A DNA stretch of 37,008 bases from an uncultured Gammaproteobacteria bacterium (GCA_964531745.1 CAZHFX010000002.1:17151-54158); one strand, 5' to 3'; shown: positions 9,496-20,332, numbered from the stretch's first letter. A program made the numbers and translations. Notes: generated by a model from the sequence alone, not told the origin.

Positions 9496-9957
9496 ATGCG
9501 CTGTCCAGTTTGCAACTATCGCGATGTCAGCGTTATAGATACTCGTCCGTTGGAGGATGATTTATCCGTCCGCCGGCGCCGGGAATGCCAGAAATGCCAC
9601 TATCGGTTTTCCACGGTGGAAGAAATTGAGCTGTTGGACGTCATTGTCGTGAAGAGAAACGGCGAACGGCAGAGTTATATGCGCGACAAAATAGAGGCCG
9701 GCATTCGGCGCTCGCTTACCAAGCGCCCTTTTACGCAGGATAAATTGCACCGGCTGTTTCACGCCATTGAGCGCGATATTCAAAAGAAACGGCGGCGGGA
9801 AATCGCGAGCAACGAGATCGGCGAAATCGTGATGAAACACCTGCATAGTTTTGATAAAATAGCTTATATTCGTTTCGCGAGCGTTTATCGCGACTTTAAA
9901 GACGTAAAGACGTTTGAAAAGGAGCTGAAGCGTCTTAGCCATAAACAAATTAAATAG
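9496..9957 (+). CDS. nrdR: Transcriptional repressor NrdR
   Basis: CPVC...RRRRECQKC..RFSTVE zinc ribbon, ATP-cone, and AYIRFASVYR. Confidence 0.97.
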   Translation: MRCPVCNYRDVSVIDTRPLEDDLSVRRRRECQKCHYRFSTVEEIELLDVIVVKRNGERQSYMRDKIEAGIRRSLTKRPFTQDKLHRLFHAIERDIQKKRRREIASNEIGEIVMKHLHSFDKIAYIRFASVYRDFKDVKTFEKELKRLSHKQIK

Positions 9958-9967
9958 CATTTATTTT

Positions 9968-10426
9968 ATGTTTAAACGCGCGGTTAAAACTCCGCCGGAA
10001 GATCAGAACGCCGTGAGCGGCGCGTCGGCGGGAGCGGCCGCCTCCGAAGCGGCGGAACGCGTTGAGACAGCCGCTCCGAAAGACGCGAGCCCGCTGGCGT
10101 TGCGCGATCTTTTGGAAAAAAATCTCAAATGGTCGCAAATTATTTACGAACAGAACCGGAGAATTAACAGCAAATTGTTGTGGGCGGCGGCGGCCAATTG
10201 GCTTCGGCTTCTAGTAATTATCGTGCCGCTTATTTGGGCTGTTTGGTATTTGCCGTCTATTCTGAAAGGGTTGCAAAATAAATATGGTCTGTTTTTAAAC
10301 GCGGCGGCCAAGGGTCAGCTGTCAAGCTCCTCGGTGAACAGCTTGCTTGATGTCTTGCCGATCAACGCGGTGGAGCGGGAACAACTCAAGGCGATGTTAC
10401 AGCCGTCCGGGACGGGTAAAAAATAA
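9968..10426 (+). CDS. Hypothetical single-pass membrane protein
   Basis: Fills the nrdR-pyk gap with tight spacing; short coiled coil followed by a TM helix. Confidence 0.7.
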   Translation: MFKRAVKTPPEDQNAVSGASAGAAASEAAERVETAAPKDASPLALRDLLEKNLKWSQIIYEQNRRINSKLLWAAAANWLRLLVIIVPLIWAVWYLPSILKGLQNKYGLFLNAAAKGQLSSSSVNSLLDVLPINAVEREQLKAMLQPSGTGKK

Positions 10427-10429
10427 GCT

Positions 10430-11866
10430 ATGTTTAAACACACGAAAATTGGCGCTACCGTCGGCCCGTCATGCGCCGACCAGCTGGTGCTGGAGAAAAT
10501 GGTCAAAGCCGGGATGAATTTTGCCCGTCTTAATTTTGCTCACGGCACGCACGAGAGCAACGGAGCGCTGCTCAAAACGATTCGCGCTGTAGAGGAAAAG
10601 ACCGGCGAGCCGATTGCCATTCTTCAAGATTTACAAGGGCCGCGTATTCGCATTGGCGTTATGCCCGATGATGGAGTGGCTATAAAAGATGGCGAAAGTG
10701 TTATTTTGAACACCGCTCTCACTGCCTACGCCGGCGGCGATTGGCCGGTTGATCATCCCGAGTTGCACCGTTTTATTAAACCGGGAGAGCGTATTCTTAT
10801 TGATGACGGCCGGGTGGAGTTGGAGGTGACAAATGTTACCGGCACGCAAGTGACCGGAAGTGCGACCCAAGGCGGCGTGGTAAAATCGCATAAAGGAATA
10901 AATTTGCCGGACAGCGCGCTCACGATTCCGGCTTTGAGTGAAAAAGATCGCTCAGATTTGCGATTTGCCGTGAAAAATGAAGTAGACATGGTCGGACTGT
11001 CTTTTGTCAGCAGTGCCAAAGATATTTTGGATGTTCGTTTTTTAATACAACAATATTTGAAAGAAGAAAATCTCACCCGTAAACAGCCGATTTTTATTAT
11101 CGCCAAAATTGAACGGCGGGTCGCGGTGGAGAATTTAAGTGAAATTTTAGATGTGGCCGACGGCATTATGGTGGCGCGCGGCGATTTGGGTCTAGAATTG
11201 CCGGCGGCGCAGGTGCCTTTGGTGCAAAAAAGAATTATTGATGCCGCGAACGCGTTGGCCAAGCCGGTGATTGTGGCCACCCAGATGCTCAATTCCATGC
11301 AGACCAGCCGCCGCCCCACGCGCGCGGAGGTGTCCGACGTGGCGAACGCTGTCATTGATCACGCCGACGCTCTGCTTTTGACCAACGAAACAGCAAGCGG
11401 GGAGTTCCCGGTTTTGGCGGTGGAAACCATGGCGGATATTGCCGTCACCACCGAGCGTTCAAGCTATGACGACACGGATTTGCCCATTCATCACAAAGGG
11501 ACGCCGTTGGATTCGGCTATCGCTGATATGTCGCGTCTGCTCGCCGATGAGCTGAATGCCAAGCTGATTTTAGCGGCGTCAATTTCCGGAGAAACTGGCC
11601 GGCTCATCAGCCATGTTCGGCCCCTTCTGCCGATACTGGTGGCTACCGCGACGCCGGCTTCGTGGCGACAGTTGAATCTTTCCTGGGGAGTGAAGCCGTT
11701 TATGATGTTGCCGTGCCAGTCTATTGAGGAGTTGGTGGAGCGTTCCATAAATTATATTAAACAGCAGAAGCTCGCGAAAAAAGGCGATACCATGATTATA
11801 GTGGCTGGCGAGCCGGTTGGCCAGGCGGGTCATGTCAATTTGGTGGAGGTCCGGGAGATAACATAA
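10430..11866 (+). CDS. pyk: Pyruvate kinase
   Basis: TKIGATVGP, DLQGPRIR, IIAKIE, DGIMVARGDLG, ATQML and PTRAEVSDVANA motifs. Confidence 0.98.
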   Translation: MFKHTKIGATVGPSCADQLVLEKMVKAGMNFARLNFAHGTHESNGALLKTIRAVEEKTGEPIAILQDLQGPRIRIGVMPDDGVAIKDGESVILNTALTAYAGGDWPVDHPELHRFIKPGERILIDDGRVELEVTNVTGTQVTGSATQGGVVKSHKGINLPDSALTIPALSEKDRSDLRFAVKNEVDMVGLSFVSSAKDILDVRFLIQQYLKEENLTRKQPIFIIAKIERRVAVENLSEILDVADGIMVARGDLGLELPAAQVPLVQKRIIDAANALAKPVIVATQMLNSMQTSRRPTRAEVSDVANAVIDHADALLLTNETASGEFPVLAVETMADIAVTTERSSYDDTDLPIHHKGTPLDSAIADMSRLLADELNAKLILAASISGETGRLISHVRPLLPILVATATPASWRQLNLSWGVKPFMMLPCQSIEELVERSINYIKQQKLAKKGDTMIIVAGEPVGQAGHVNLVEVREIT

Positions 11867-11894
11867 TGGTAAATATAGGGAGGTGAGGAACGCT

Positions 11895-11924
11895 TTGACG
11901 CAGACAGTTGTGGAGTGGTATAAT
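11895..11924 (+). promoter_or_regulatory. Sigma70 promoter TTGACG-N18-TATAAT with extended -10 TG
   Basis: TTGACG at 11895-11900 and TGGTATAAT at 11916-11924, about 50 nt upstream of the 11973 start. Confidence 0.65.
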
Positions 11925-11972
11925 TTGATTACGAATCTAGCTGGAAGCATATAATTATTAATTTTTATTTCT

Positions 11973-12299
11973 ATGGCCAAGCAGGAACTTTCTTTTTTGG
12001 AAAATTATATCATGGAAGTTTTGCAAGACAGCGGGCTCGGCAAACTGTCCTCAGCCAACAGACAAGTCTACGTGCCACAGCTCGCGGCGGAAGCCGAGCA
12101 TCGTTTGGGTCTTGAATTGCTCCCCAAGCTTGATCAAGAGCAAGCGAAAAAATTTAGTGATATGGTGTCCGCGGAAGAGAGCTCGCCAACAGTTTGGCAG
12201 GCTTTTTGGAAACAAGCCGTACCGCAGTTTGATACTACTGTTAAGTCAATTTTAAAGAAATTTGCCGAGGACTGCCGAAAAATTTTAGCCCGCGTATAA
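11973..12299 (+). CDS. Small helical protein, DUF5663-like (common in CPR)
   Basis: Pattern GL..L....RLGLELL..L..EQ..KF...FW...VP resembles DUF5663 (from recall, not searched). Confidence 0.6.
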   Translation: MAKQELSFLENYIMEVLQDSGLGKLSSANRQVYVPQLAAEAEHRLGLELLPKLDQEQAKKFSDMVSAEESSPTVWQAFWKQAVPQFDTTVKSILKKFAEDCRKILARV

Positions 12300-12300
12300 T

Positions 12301-12495
12301 ATGGCCAAGACTGGTACCACGCAGAAACAGCGGCTAGGGCAAATTCACAGCGAACTCGTAAAAAATTACGAGGATATTTTGAAACGATTGGTCGTTTTAC
12401 AAAAGAAACGCGCGGTGTTGCATAAAGAAATACTGGCCGCGCTTGACCGCGCCAAGGCGCGGAATGTTTTGGAAAAAATTAAACGGATGAGTTAA
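12301..12495 (+). CDS. Small basic coiled-coil hypothetical protein
   Basis: 64 aa; lies 1 nt after the upstream gene and 12 nt before the downstream gene. Confidence 0.6.
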   Translation: MAKTGTTQKQRLGQIHSELVKNYEDILKRLVVLQKKRAVLHKEILAALDRAKARNVLEKIKRMS

Positions 12496-12507
12496 TATAT
12501 ATTTTAT

Positions 12508-15500
12508 ATGGCTTCTGCCAAATCAGCCTTTCAAGCTCCCGACAGCCGTCCCCCCCAAGGTCAAGGGTCGGAAAGGCGTCTTCGTTTGGTACACCCGGAG
12601 GGAACGGAAGCACAAGAACGCGCCGCCAGCGAAACGCAACTACAAACGAAAATCAGAACGATTAAGAAGGAATTGCAAGATTTGTGGGATAGAGGTTTTA
12701 TAGAAGAAGCGGATGCGCTGGAAGATGAATTGGAAGAATTGGCACGGTCTAAAGAACAGCTGGGGGAAAGTGATTATGAGGCGTTTCGCGATCAAGTGAC
12801 TGAACTGTCAGAATCGCTAGGAGTTTTGAAAAACGCTGTTAATGTTATTTTAGAAAGAGATAATTTGAGGGAGAAAGCAACGGCGACGCCAACCGGAAAA
12901 GATTCATCAGCCGATTCTCGGCCGGCGGATACAGCCATTATTGATCTTAACAGAGTGCGCGGCGAGCCGAGAAGAAAAGATTTTGAACCAGGCCGGAAAG
13001 CGACAGTGGATATTCCGGCGGCTTTGGTGAAAGATATTGTCAGAGAAAGCGGCGAGAGAAATAATTTAATTAGAGCAGTTGTTTCCAGTGATCAGCAAAC
13101 GGCAAGAGATATTTGTCATGATTTGCTAGATAGACGCGGTTCTGCCAGCGTCCAAGTAGAACAGACGGACCTTGAGGCAAAACTGGATAAAGTTTTAGCC
13201 CCTCAAGGCTTTACTTTAGAACAATTTCGCGAACAATGGAAAGATGGTTTATATGAGCTGGTTTTGAAAGTTGTCCAAGATCGCGCGGACGCGGAAATAC
13301 GAAAACAGGCGGTGGCAGAAATTTCCACTATTGATAAATTGAAACTAAATTGGAAAGGGATTGCCAAAAAGGCTTTGCTGATCGGTGGCATCACCGCCGC
13401 CACTGCCACCGGCTTCGGCGCAGTGTTTGGCGCCGCGGCGGCCATTGGCGCCGGTGTGGCGACCGGCGGCGTGATTTCGCGTTTTTTCCAGGGTTTTGCC
13501 AAGAAACGGCGCGAAGAAGGGGCAGAGAGTGCTGATGAGAAAGAAGCACAGAGCAGAATGAACGCGCTCATTCAGAAAAAGAAAAGCGAGATTGTTGACA
13601 AGTTGGTAAAGGAATGGGAAAGCGATGAAACGGGGATGTCGTTGGTGTTGAGCCAAGCTATCCGTGAAGCGTCCGCGGGCGACGAGAACGCCAATCGAAC
13701 AATCGTTCAAGATAGTCTGCTTAAAACAGCGGAAAGGTTGAAAGCTGACGGTGAAGCAGATGAAGCGCAGGCGAGGGAATTGGAAGGCTTGATTGCTGGT
13801 TTAGGCAATCTGCGCGAGACCGATCCAGAATTGAAAAAACTTATCGCCGATGCCGAATCCACGCCGGTCGCGATTGAAATTTTAAAGAAATTGCAGGAAG
13901 CCAAGAGCGGCCAGCTGTTTGCCGCCGCTAAAGGCGATACAAAAAAATCAAAAATTGAAAAGGCGGCCGGCTATTTGGCTCCGATCGCGGTCGGCGCGGC
14001 CGTTGGTTTGGCCTATACTTCCGGGGTTGCGGTGGGGGCGCGCGCGGGCCTGGGCGCTTTTGGTATGGGTGTGACCGGTTATAAAATAGGTGAAGCTCGC
14101 GACCGGGCGGCCAAAGAGAAACAAGTAGAGGTTGAGGTGAATGAAGTGATGAAAAATACAGAAACAGCCGTTGGCAAGTATAAAGATCGAATGCCGCCAG
14201 TTGAACTCACCGAGCATGATTTAGGTTATTTAAGAGATTATGTCGGGAAGTTAGACGCCGACATTGAAATTTTATCGGCTCTGCAGACGGGGAAACAAAA
14301 AACACTTCTCCTTACCGAAGCGGAAGCGATTGTTCATGAGGCCAGGCGGATTATTAGGGAAATTGAAAAAACGAGCGAATTGCTGGTTGCGTTGCGCAAA
14401 CAGCGCGAGACAATAGTTGAGCATGCCGGCGCGCAGATGCAAAGAATAAACAAAGATGCCGGCCGGTGGCGGCGGTGGGTAGGGCTCGCGGCCGGGGCGG
14501 TGGTCGGCGGCGGTATCGGGTTTTTGGGCGGCGAGTGGGCGGAGCAGAGGCAGGAAGTAAAAATGGAAGAAAAATTGGATGAACTTTTGGCAGGCGTGCC
14601 GGCCGGCGTGAAAGACCGAGCGTTGCAGTCATTTGCCGCACCCGGCCATGAGGTGCACGATGTTGAGGATCTGACGTTCGCCGAGCTGAAGGGCATATCA
14701 GTAGATGGCGGAAAGGCGCTGGATGTCGGTTTGATTCAATTGAAAATTACCGAAGCCCAAGGCCGGGAAAATTTACTGCGCCATTACGGTTTGCAGTCAC
14801 ATGAGCTTGATGTTATGCCGCTTCACGATCGGGTAGAAGCTCTGCAAGATATGTCCAAAACATTCGCCGGCTGGGAGGAACAGGGTCTTGAGAAAGACGC
14901 TATCGCGGCGATTGGCGCGATGAGACGCGGCGTCGCCAGAGGTCCCGCGGCCGAGACAGTGAACAACCTGTTGGCGTGGGATAAAGCTCACGGAGGGCAT
15001 ACCGCGGTGGTGAAAATGTTGAACCGCGATATTCCTCTGCCCCAAGCGGATGTTACAAAAGTTTTGGAAAGCGCCGTCAGGCTCAAAGACAGCATTACCG
15101 GCTGGGAAAAGAGCGGGTTGAACGCGGGCAGTATTGACGCGATTGCGCGCGTAGACACCAGAACTATGGAGGCGGTTGATCAACTGCTTGAGAGAGGCGG
15201 GGAAAACAAAGGAATCATCGCCAGGTTCATTAACGCCAATCTCGGTGAAGAGGGCGCCGATCTTCACAATGTATTGCGCGAGGCAGATATGGTGGGACGC
15301 AAGATCTCAACTTGGACTAAACATGGGTTAAGCGCGGAGGCGATTGACGCGATTGACGTAAGTTCTTCCGCCGGGGTGGCGGGGAAAGCGGCCACTATCG
15401 ATCGGCTGGTAGCCGGAGCGGGAGGGAATGCTGACGCTATGCACACGCTCAATGCCCAATTGGAGGGCGGGACTGATATTGACACCGCGCTCAAGAGCGT

Positions 15501-16296
15501 GCTGGTGGCCCGGGAACGAGGCGCCAACAGCGTTACAGCCTTGGTCGCCCGCCAGCTTTCAGCCAACCCCGGCCACTACGGATTTGACGCGCAGAAACGG
15601 TTCACCGATGCCGCCGAATGGGCCAAACACGAAGCGGCCCGTCTGGCCATTGAAGGGGGTTATATTAATAAAGACGGCCACTCGCACCTGGGCGTCGTTT
15701 GGCAAAACAAGAAAGACAATTTTGTTCTCTTGACGGAAGACGAGAACGGTCATTTGGGCATTAAAGTAACGGGGAAGACGTATATCATGGACGCGCCGCC
15801 GGCCGCGACGGGGAGTCATCGTGGAGCATTGTCAGCCGCGGAATCCGCACGGGTGAATATTCGCGGTATGTCTGGTAATTTGACGAAAGGCGACAGCGCG
15901 ATCGGAAGCGCGGCTGATGTGGCTCAAGCCGGTAGTTCTGTTAGAACTGAGGGAGTTGTTGTGAATACAGGGGTAAGAGTAACGAAACTTACTGCCGCTT
16001 TGCATAGGGAATTTTTAGGGGATAAGTATTACCAAGCAGGCACAAAAGTGCATTATCCGGGAACTCCGGCCGGAATGGATGAAAAAGTTTTTCGCCAGCA
16101 ATTTGATGAACAGTTAAGCTCCCTGAAGGCGTTAAGCGCGCGATATGAAAGCGGTGGCGACGCTGGTTTGGCTGAAAGGATTAAAACGGAAATGACAAAA
16201 ATTGCCAAGCGGTGTACTCTCTCTCCCGAAGAGTTGTATAGCGCAAAAATGGTCAATACTTTCCTTAATAATCCGTCAGCTATTGCCCGAAGATAG
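12508..16296 (+). CDS. Large coiled-coil protein with three Gly/Ala-rich (glycine-zipper) hydrophobic segments and internal repeats
   Basis: 1262-aa ORF with charged helical regions separated by GxxxG-rich segments and three W-x3-GL-x3-[AS]I-x-AI repeats. Confidence 0.8.
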   Translation: MASAKSAFQAPDSRPPQGQGSERRLRLVHPEGTEAQERAASETQLQTKIRTIKKELQDLWDRGFIEEADALEDELEELARSKEQLGESDYEAFRDQVTELSESLGVLKNAVNVILERDNLREKATATPTGKDSSADSRPADTAIIDLNRVRGEPRRKDFEPGRKATVDIPAALVKDIVRESGERNNLIRAVVSSDQQTARDICHDLLDRRGSASVQVEQTDLEAKLDKVLAPQGFTLEQFREQWKDGLYELVLKVVQDRADAEIRKQAVAEISTIDKLKLNWKGIAKKALLIGGITAATATGFGAVFGAAAAIGAGVATGGVISRFFQGFAKKRREEGAESADEKEAQSRMNALIQKKKSEIVDKLVKEWESDETGMSLVLSQAIREASAGDENANRTIVQDSLLKTAERLKADGEADEAQARELEGLIAGLGNLRETDPELKKLIADAESTPVAIEILKKLQEAKSGQLFAAAKGDTKKSKIEKAAGYLAPIAVGAAVGLAYTSGVAVGARAGLGAFGMGVTGYKIGEARDRAAKEKQVEVEVNEVMKNTETAVGKYKDRMPPVELTEHDLGYLRDYVGKLDADIEILSALQTGKQKTLLLTEAEAIVHEARRIIREIEKTSELLVALRKQRETIVEHAGAQMQRINKDAGRWRRWVGLAAGAVVGGGIGFLGGEWAEQRQEVKMEEKLDELLAGVPAGVKDRALQSFAAPGHEVHDVEDLTFAELKGISVDGGKALDVGLIQLKITEAQGRENLLRHYGLQSHELDVMPLHDRVEALQDMSKTFAGWEEQGLEKDAIAAIGAMRRGVARGPAAETVNNLLAWDKAHGGHTAVVKMLNRDIPLPQADVTKVLESAVRLKDSITGWEKSGLNAGSIDAIARVDTRTMEAVDQLLERGGENKGIIARFINANLGEEGADLHNVLREADMVGRKISTWTKHGLSAEAIDAIDVSSSAGVAGKAATIDRLVAGAGGNADAMHTLNAQLEGGTDIDTALKSVLVARERGANSVTALVARQLSANPGHYGFDAQKRFTDAAEWAKHEAARLAIEGGYINKDGHSHLGVVWQNKKDNFVLLTEDENGHLGIKVTGKTYIMDAPPAATGSHRGALSAAESARVNIRGMSGNLTKGDSAIGSAADVAQAGSSVRTEGVVVNTGVRVTKLTAALHREFLGDKYYQAGTKVHYPGTPAGMDEKVFRQQFDEQLSSLKALSARYESGGDAGLAERIKTEMTKIAKRCTLSPEELYSAKMVNTFLNNPSAIARR

Positions 16297-16298
16297 TT

Positions 16299-17549
16299 TT
16301 ATTGAAGTGTCGGGTAAAGCGGGAATTTTTTGGTGAGATTTTTTACTTCTTCTTTTATAGCCATTAGTTTGGCGTCGTCTTTAGCGTTTAGAATAGCTTG
16401 ATCAATCCATTCCCCCACCTGCTCCATTTCGGCCTCCCTAAAATTACGGGTAGTGAGGGCCGGCGTGCCGAGGCGAATGCCGCTTGGGTCCATCGGCGAA
16501 CGCGGGTCATCGGGAATCATATTTTTGTTCACCGTGATGCCCGCTTTGTCCAGCGCGATTTGCGCCTCTTTGCCGGTGATGCCTTTGCTCTCAAATACAT
16601 TTATAAGCAGAAGGTGGTTATCGGTGCCGCCAAAGCAGAGCTGGTAGTTTTTGGCATTAAAAATTTTTTCTAGCGCCTTGGCATTGGTTTTAATTTGTTT
16701 GGCGTAGTCTTTAAATTCCGGTTGCAAGGCTTCTTTGAAGGCCACGGCTTTCGCCGCTATGTTATTTTCATGCGGGCCGCCCTGAAAGCCCGGGAAAACC
16801 GCTTTGTCAATCGCTTTAGCCCACTTTTCCTTACACATAATCATGCCGCCGCGCGGGCCGCGGAGCGTTTTGTGGGTGGTGGTGGTAACCACGTCAAAAA
16901 GTGGCACGGGATTATTCATTTGGCCGCCCGCGATGAGGCCGGCGATGTGGGCGATGTCGGCCATGGTTAAAGCCCCGACTTCGTCGGCGATGGCTTTAAT
17001 TTTTTCGTATTCAATTTCACGCGAGTAGGCCGAGTACCCGACCAAAATCATTTTTGGTTTATGCGTGAGCGCCATCTGCCGCAAGTTGTCTAAATCAATT
17101 TTACCCTCGGCGTTCGTTTTATAGCGGACGAAGTTGAAAATTTGCGCCATGTAGGTGACGGGGTGGCCATGAGTGAGGTGTCCGCCATGAGACAGGTCCA
17201 TGCCAAGAATCGTATCACCGGGTTTCAGGAGCCCGAAATAAACCGCGATATTCGCCGGCGCGCCGGAGAGCGGTTGAACATTGACGTGTTTGGCGCCAAA
17301 GAGCTGTTTGGCGCGATCAATCGCCAGCGTTTCCACTTCATCAATAAATTCACAGCCGCCGTAGTAGCGTTTACCCGCGTAGCCTTCAGAATATTTGTTG
17401 GTAAGAATAGAACCCAGTGCCTCAAGCACGGCCGGGGAAACAAAGTTTTCCGAAGGGATCATTTCCAAACCGGTTTCCTGCCGGTTTTGTTCTCGTTTTA
17501 TGCTCGCGAGAATGTCCGGGTCAAAGTTTTTAAGATTATGGGTGTACAT
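16299..17549 (-). CDS. glyA: Serine hydroxymethyltransferase
   Basis: [33 protein letters not shown] (PLP lysine) and SGIRLGTPA motifs. Confidence 0.99.
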   Translation of the reverse strand: MYTHNLKNFDPDILASIKREQNRQETGLEMIPSENFVSPAVLEALGSILTNKYSEGYAGKRYYGGCEFIDEVETLAIDRAKQLFGAKHVNVQPLSGAPANIAVYFGLLKPGDTILGMDLSHGGHLTHGHPVTYMAQIFNFVRYKTNAEGKIDLDNLRQMALTHKPKMILVGYSAYSREIEYEKIKAIADEVGALTMADIAHIAGLIAGGQMNNPVPLFDVVTTTTHKTLRGPRGGMIMCKEKWAKAIDKAVFPGFQGGPHENNIAAKAVAFKEALQPEFKDYAKQIKTNAKALEKIFNAKNYQLCFGGTDNHLLLINVFESKGITGKEAQIALDKAGITVNKNMIPDDPRSPMDPSGIRLGTPALTTRNFREAEMEQVGEWIDQAILNAKDDAKLMAIKEEVKNLTKKFPLYPTLQ

Positions 17550-17612
17550 ATAAATTGCTACTTTCCGCTCCCCTATGGTATCATTTCATTGCTTTGAACG
17601 CAATATATTTAT

Positions 17613-18608
17613 ATGAATAGCGATTTTGCCGTTATTGATAGCAATTTGGAGCGGGCTAGCGAGGGCCTGCGCTTGCTTGATGAAATCGCCCATTTTATTA
17701 CCGCTCAAGAGGGTGTTTTTACCGAGCTAAAGACTATCCGGCATGATTTGCAGGATATTGGAGCTTGGTTTGGCCCGGCCAGATTAGTCGGAGCGCGGGG
17801 AGACACTGGCAAGCCTGGGGCGGAGGTAATGGGCGCGGAGGCCGTTCGCACCACCACCTGGTCTTTAATTCGCGCGAGCGTGGGGCGAGTAGCCGAGTCG
17901 TTGCGGATTCTGGAAGAGTTTTCCAAAATTTACGCTTCGCCGGCGACGGAGTTTGTCAAACATTCGCGTTATGCCGTGTATGTGCTGGAGAAGGAGTTAC
18001 TGCAGGCGACGCCGCACTATTATTTGCGGCGTTATTTTGAACGCGGGGTTATTTATCCGCTCTCGGAGAGCGTGGAGGAAATTTTGTGGCTCGTAGAACA
18101 CGGGGCGCAAATGGTGCAGTTGCGCGACAAAACCAGTTCGCGCGCTGAAGTGTTTGCAAAGGCTAAATTTTTGAGCGCGGCGATCGTCGAAAAAAATAAG
18201 GCCGGCGGAGACCAAATTCTTTTTATAATAAACGACTATCCGGAAATCGCCGCGGAGTTGCCGGTGGCTGGAGTGCATATCGGCCAAGAGGATGGCACGG
18301 TCGCTCCGGCGCGCCGATTGGTGGGGAGCAATAAGATTATCGGCCGTTCCAATCACTCTATTGAACAAATCCGAGAAGCAGTGGCGGATGGCGCGGACTA
18401 TGTGAGCATTGGTCCGGTATATGCCACGCCCACCAAGCCGGATCGTCCGGCCGTCGGGCTTGAGTTGGTGCGCCAGGTGGCTGATGAAATTTCCGTTCCG
18501 TGGCTCGCGATTGGCGGCATTGATGAAGCGGCCATTCATGACGTGCGCGCGGCCGGAGCCAAGAATATGGCGGTGGTGCGCTCGGCGCGGAATTTTTTCC
18601 AAAATTAA
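17613..18608 (+). CDS. thiE: Thiamine-phosphate synthase with N-terminal ThiD2-like helical domain
   Basis: N-terminal IDSNLERASEGLR...ESLRILEEF; C-terminal QLRDK, IIND, GVHIGQED, GPVYATPTKP and AIGGI. Confidence 0.9.
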   Translation: MNSDFAVIDSNLERASEGLRLLDEIAHFITAQEGVFTELKTIRHDLQDIGAWFGPARLVGARGDTGKPGAEVMGAEAVRTTTWSLIRASVGRVAESLRILEEFSKIYASPATEFVKHSRYAVYVLEKELLQATPHYYLRRYFERGVIYPLSESVEEILWLVEHGAQMVQLRDKTSSRAEVFAKAKFLSAAIVEKNKAGGDQILFIINDYPEIAAELPVAGVHIGQEDGTVAPARRLVGSNKIIGRSNHSIEQIREAVADGADYVSIGPVYATPTKPDRPAVGLELVRQVADEISVPWLAIGGIDEAAIHDVRAAGAKNMAVVRSARNFFQN

Positions 18609-18617
18609 AATTTTTTG

Positions 18618-20267
18618 CTATGGTTTCAGATTTTTTACCATATACGTTTTTTCCAGTCGGTAGCCCAAACGGCGATAATAAGCGCGTACGCCAACGCCGG
18701 AAATCACCGCTAATTTTTTAATCTTATGATCTTTTACAATTTTCTCCGTCAGAGCCAACAATTTTTTCCCTAAACCCTTGTGCTGGCTGGAGGTTTCTTG
18801 TTTTTTCCCGATGCGCACGAGCTGGCCATAGGTGTGAAGCTCGCGGATGTAGGCTCCGTAGGAATTTAATTTTTTGTTTGGGTGGGTAATAGGTTTGTCA
18901 ACGAGACGGAGGCGGCAGAAAGCAAAGACCACGCGCTGTTTTTTATCTTCAAAACTTAAAAAATATTCCGTGCCGCCGCGCATTTTATATTCATCAATAA
19001 ATAAAATCGGCTTCAGTTCTTGGAGTGTCCATTCATCTGTTTTCACATGGCCAATTTCGCGGCAACGCAAACACCGGCACATCAGGCCATCGCGTTTCAT
19101 TTCCGTTTCAATAACTTGGCGTAAATTCGTGACGATATTGCCATTCTCAATATATTGCCCGGGGATGTCGCGGATGAGGCGCGAGACGCGGGCATAGCGG
19201 GGGATAGTCGTTTTGAAAATTTTGATAATTTTTATCAAATCGCGCGTCGGGTAAGCGTGGTATTTTCCCTGCACAAACCAATCATAGAGTTCAGAGCCTT
19301 TTACGACCGTGCAAGGGTAAATTTTAATCATATCCGGCTTCAAGCCCGGGTCGGTAAAAACATTTTCCATCATGGTCAAATCTTTTTTTGGCGTTGCCCC
19401 CGGTAACTGCGGCATTAAGTGAAAGTCCACTTTATAGCCGTAGTTGCGTAAAAGTTCGGTAGCTTCGCGAGCGCGGGCAATGGTATGACCGCGTTTGGTA
19501 AGAGCCAAAATCGTATCATCAGTATGCTGTATGCCCAGCTCCAAGCGGGTACAGCCCTGCTCGCGCATCTGCCAGATGGTGTGTTTGTTAATACAATCCG
19601 GACGAGTTTCTAAAGTAAGGCCGATAATACGGTGTTTGGCGGTTTCGTTGAGGCGTTGTTGTTTGAATAGTTCTTTTTTTAATTCGGCCAACTGCGACGT
19701 TTCAGTAAGCTTGGCGAGTTTTGGTTTAGTTTTGCCGCAGGTATTGCAAGCTTCAAATGATTTCAAAATAAACCAGTATTGATAAGCGAGCGGGTAGGAG
19801 TTCCAGGTGCCGCCTTTCACGATGAATTCAATTTTGTCGGTGGGGTGGCCATTGTTTTCCAAAGCCTCAATACGCCGCGCCATTTGTTCGTAGGGGTTGA
19901 ATTTAAGCGTGAGCGCGCGCATCGCGGCCGGCTCCTCGGCCAGGTAGCTTTTCGGCATGCGTTCATCTAGCGGGCAGTAGACGCATTCTCCCGGGCAAGG
20001 GTAAGGCTTAACGAGAGAAGTAACGACAGCAATGCCGGAGAGTGAACGCACCGCGCGGCGAGTGAGCAGGCGTTCCAGAGCAGGCACTCGTTTAATTCTT
20101 TTCTTGGCTAACAATCTGTGGTATGCTGACAGCAAGCTGGTTTTTGTGGGCAATCCGCCGTGCGTCTTTTCACCTAGAATAACCGCGCGTTTGAGCGCGT
20201 TAAAAGTCCGCTCATCAGTAGGCGGTTGTTTGATGGAAGCCTTGATTATTTTTTCAGTCAAGATCAT
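18618..20267 (-). CDS. elp3: Elp3-family tRNA U34 carboxymethyltransferase (radical SAM + KAT)
   Basis: CPGECVYCP Fe-S motif, GGTW, ETRPD, KIYP, RxxRDIP, IRELHTYG, QHKGLG and ISGVGVRAYYRRLGY. Confidence 0.95.
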   Translation of the reverse strand: MILTEKIIKASIKQPPTDERTFNALKRAVILGEKTHGGLPTKTSLLSAYHRLLAKKRIKRVPALERLLTRRAVRSLSGIAVVTSLVKPYPCPGECVYCPLDERMPKSYLAEEPAAMRALTLKFNPYEQMARRIEALENNGHPTDKIEFIVKGGTWNSYPLAYQYWFILKSFEACNTCGKTKPKLAKLTETSQLAELKKELFKQQRLNETAKHRIIGLTLETRPDCINKHTIWQMREQGCTRLELGIQHTDDTILALTKRGHTIARAREATELLRNYGYKVDFHLMPQLPGATPKKDLTMMENVFTDPGLKPDMIKIYPCTVVKGSELYDWFVQGKYHAYPTRDLIKIIKIFKTTIPRYARVSRLIRDIPGQYIENGNIVTNLRQVIETEMKRDGLMCRCLRCREIGHVKTDEWTLQELKPILFIDEYKMRGGTEYFLSFEDKKQRVVFAFCRLRLVDKPITHPNKKLNSYGAYIRELHTYGQLVRIGKKQETSSQHKGLGKKLLALTEKIVKDHKIKKLAVISGVGVRAYYRRLGYRLEKTYMVKNLKP

Positions 20268-20332
20268 AGTTTTTTGTCTTAACCCCCCATCCTCTATCCT
20301 CTCCCTAATAGGTGAGGAAGACGACGAAACGT

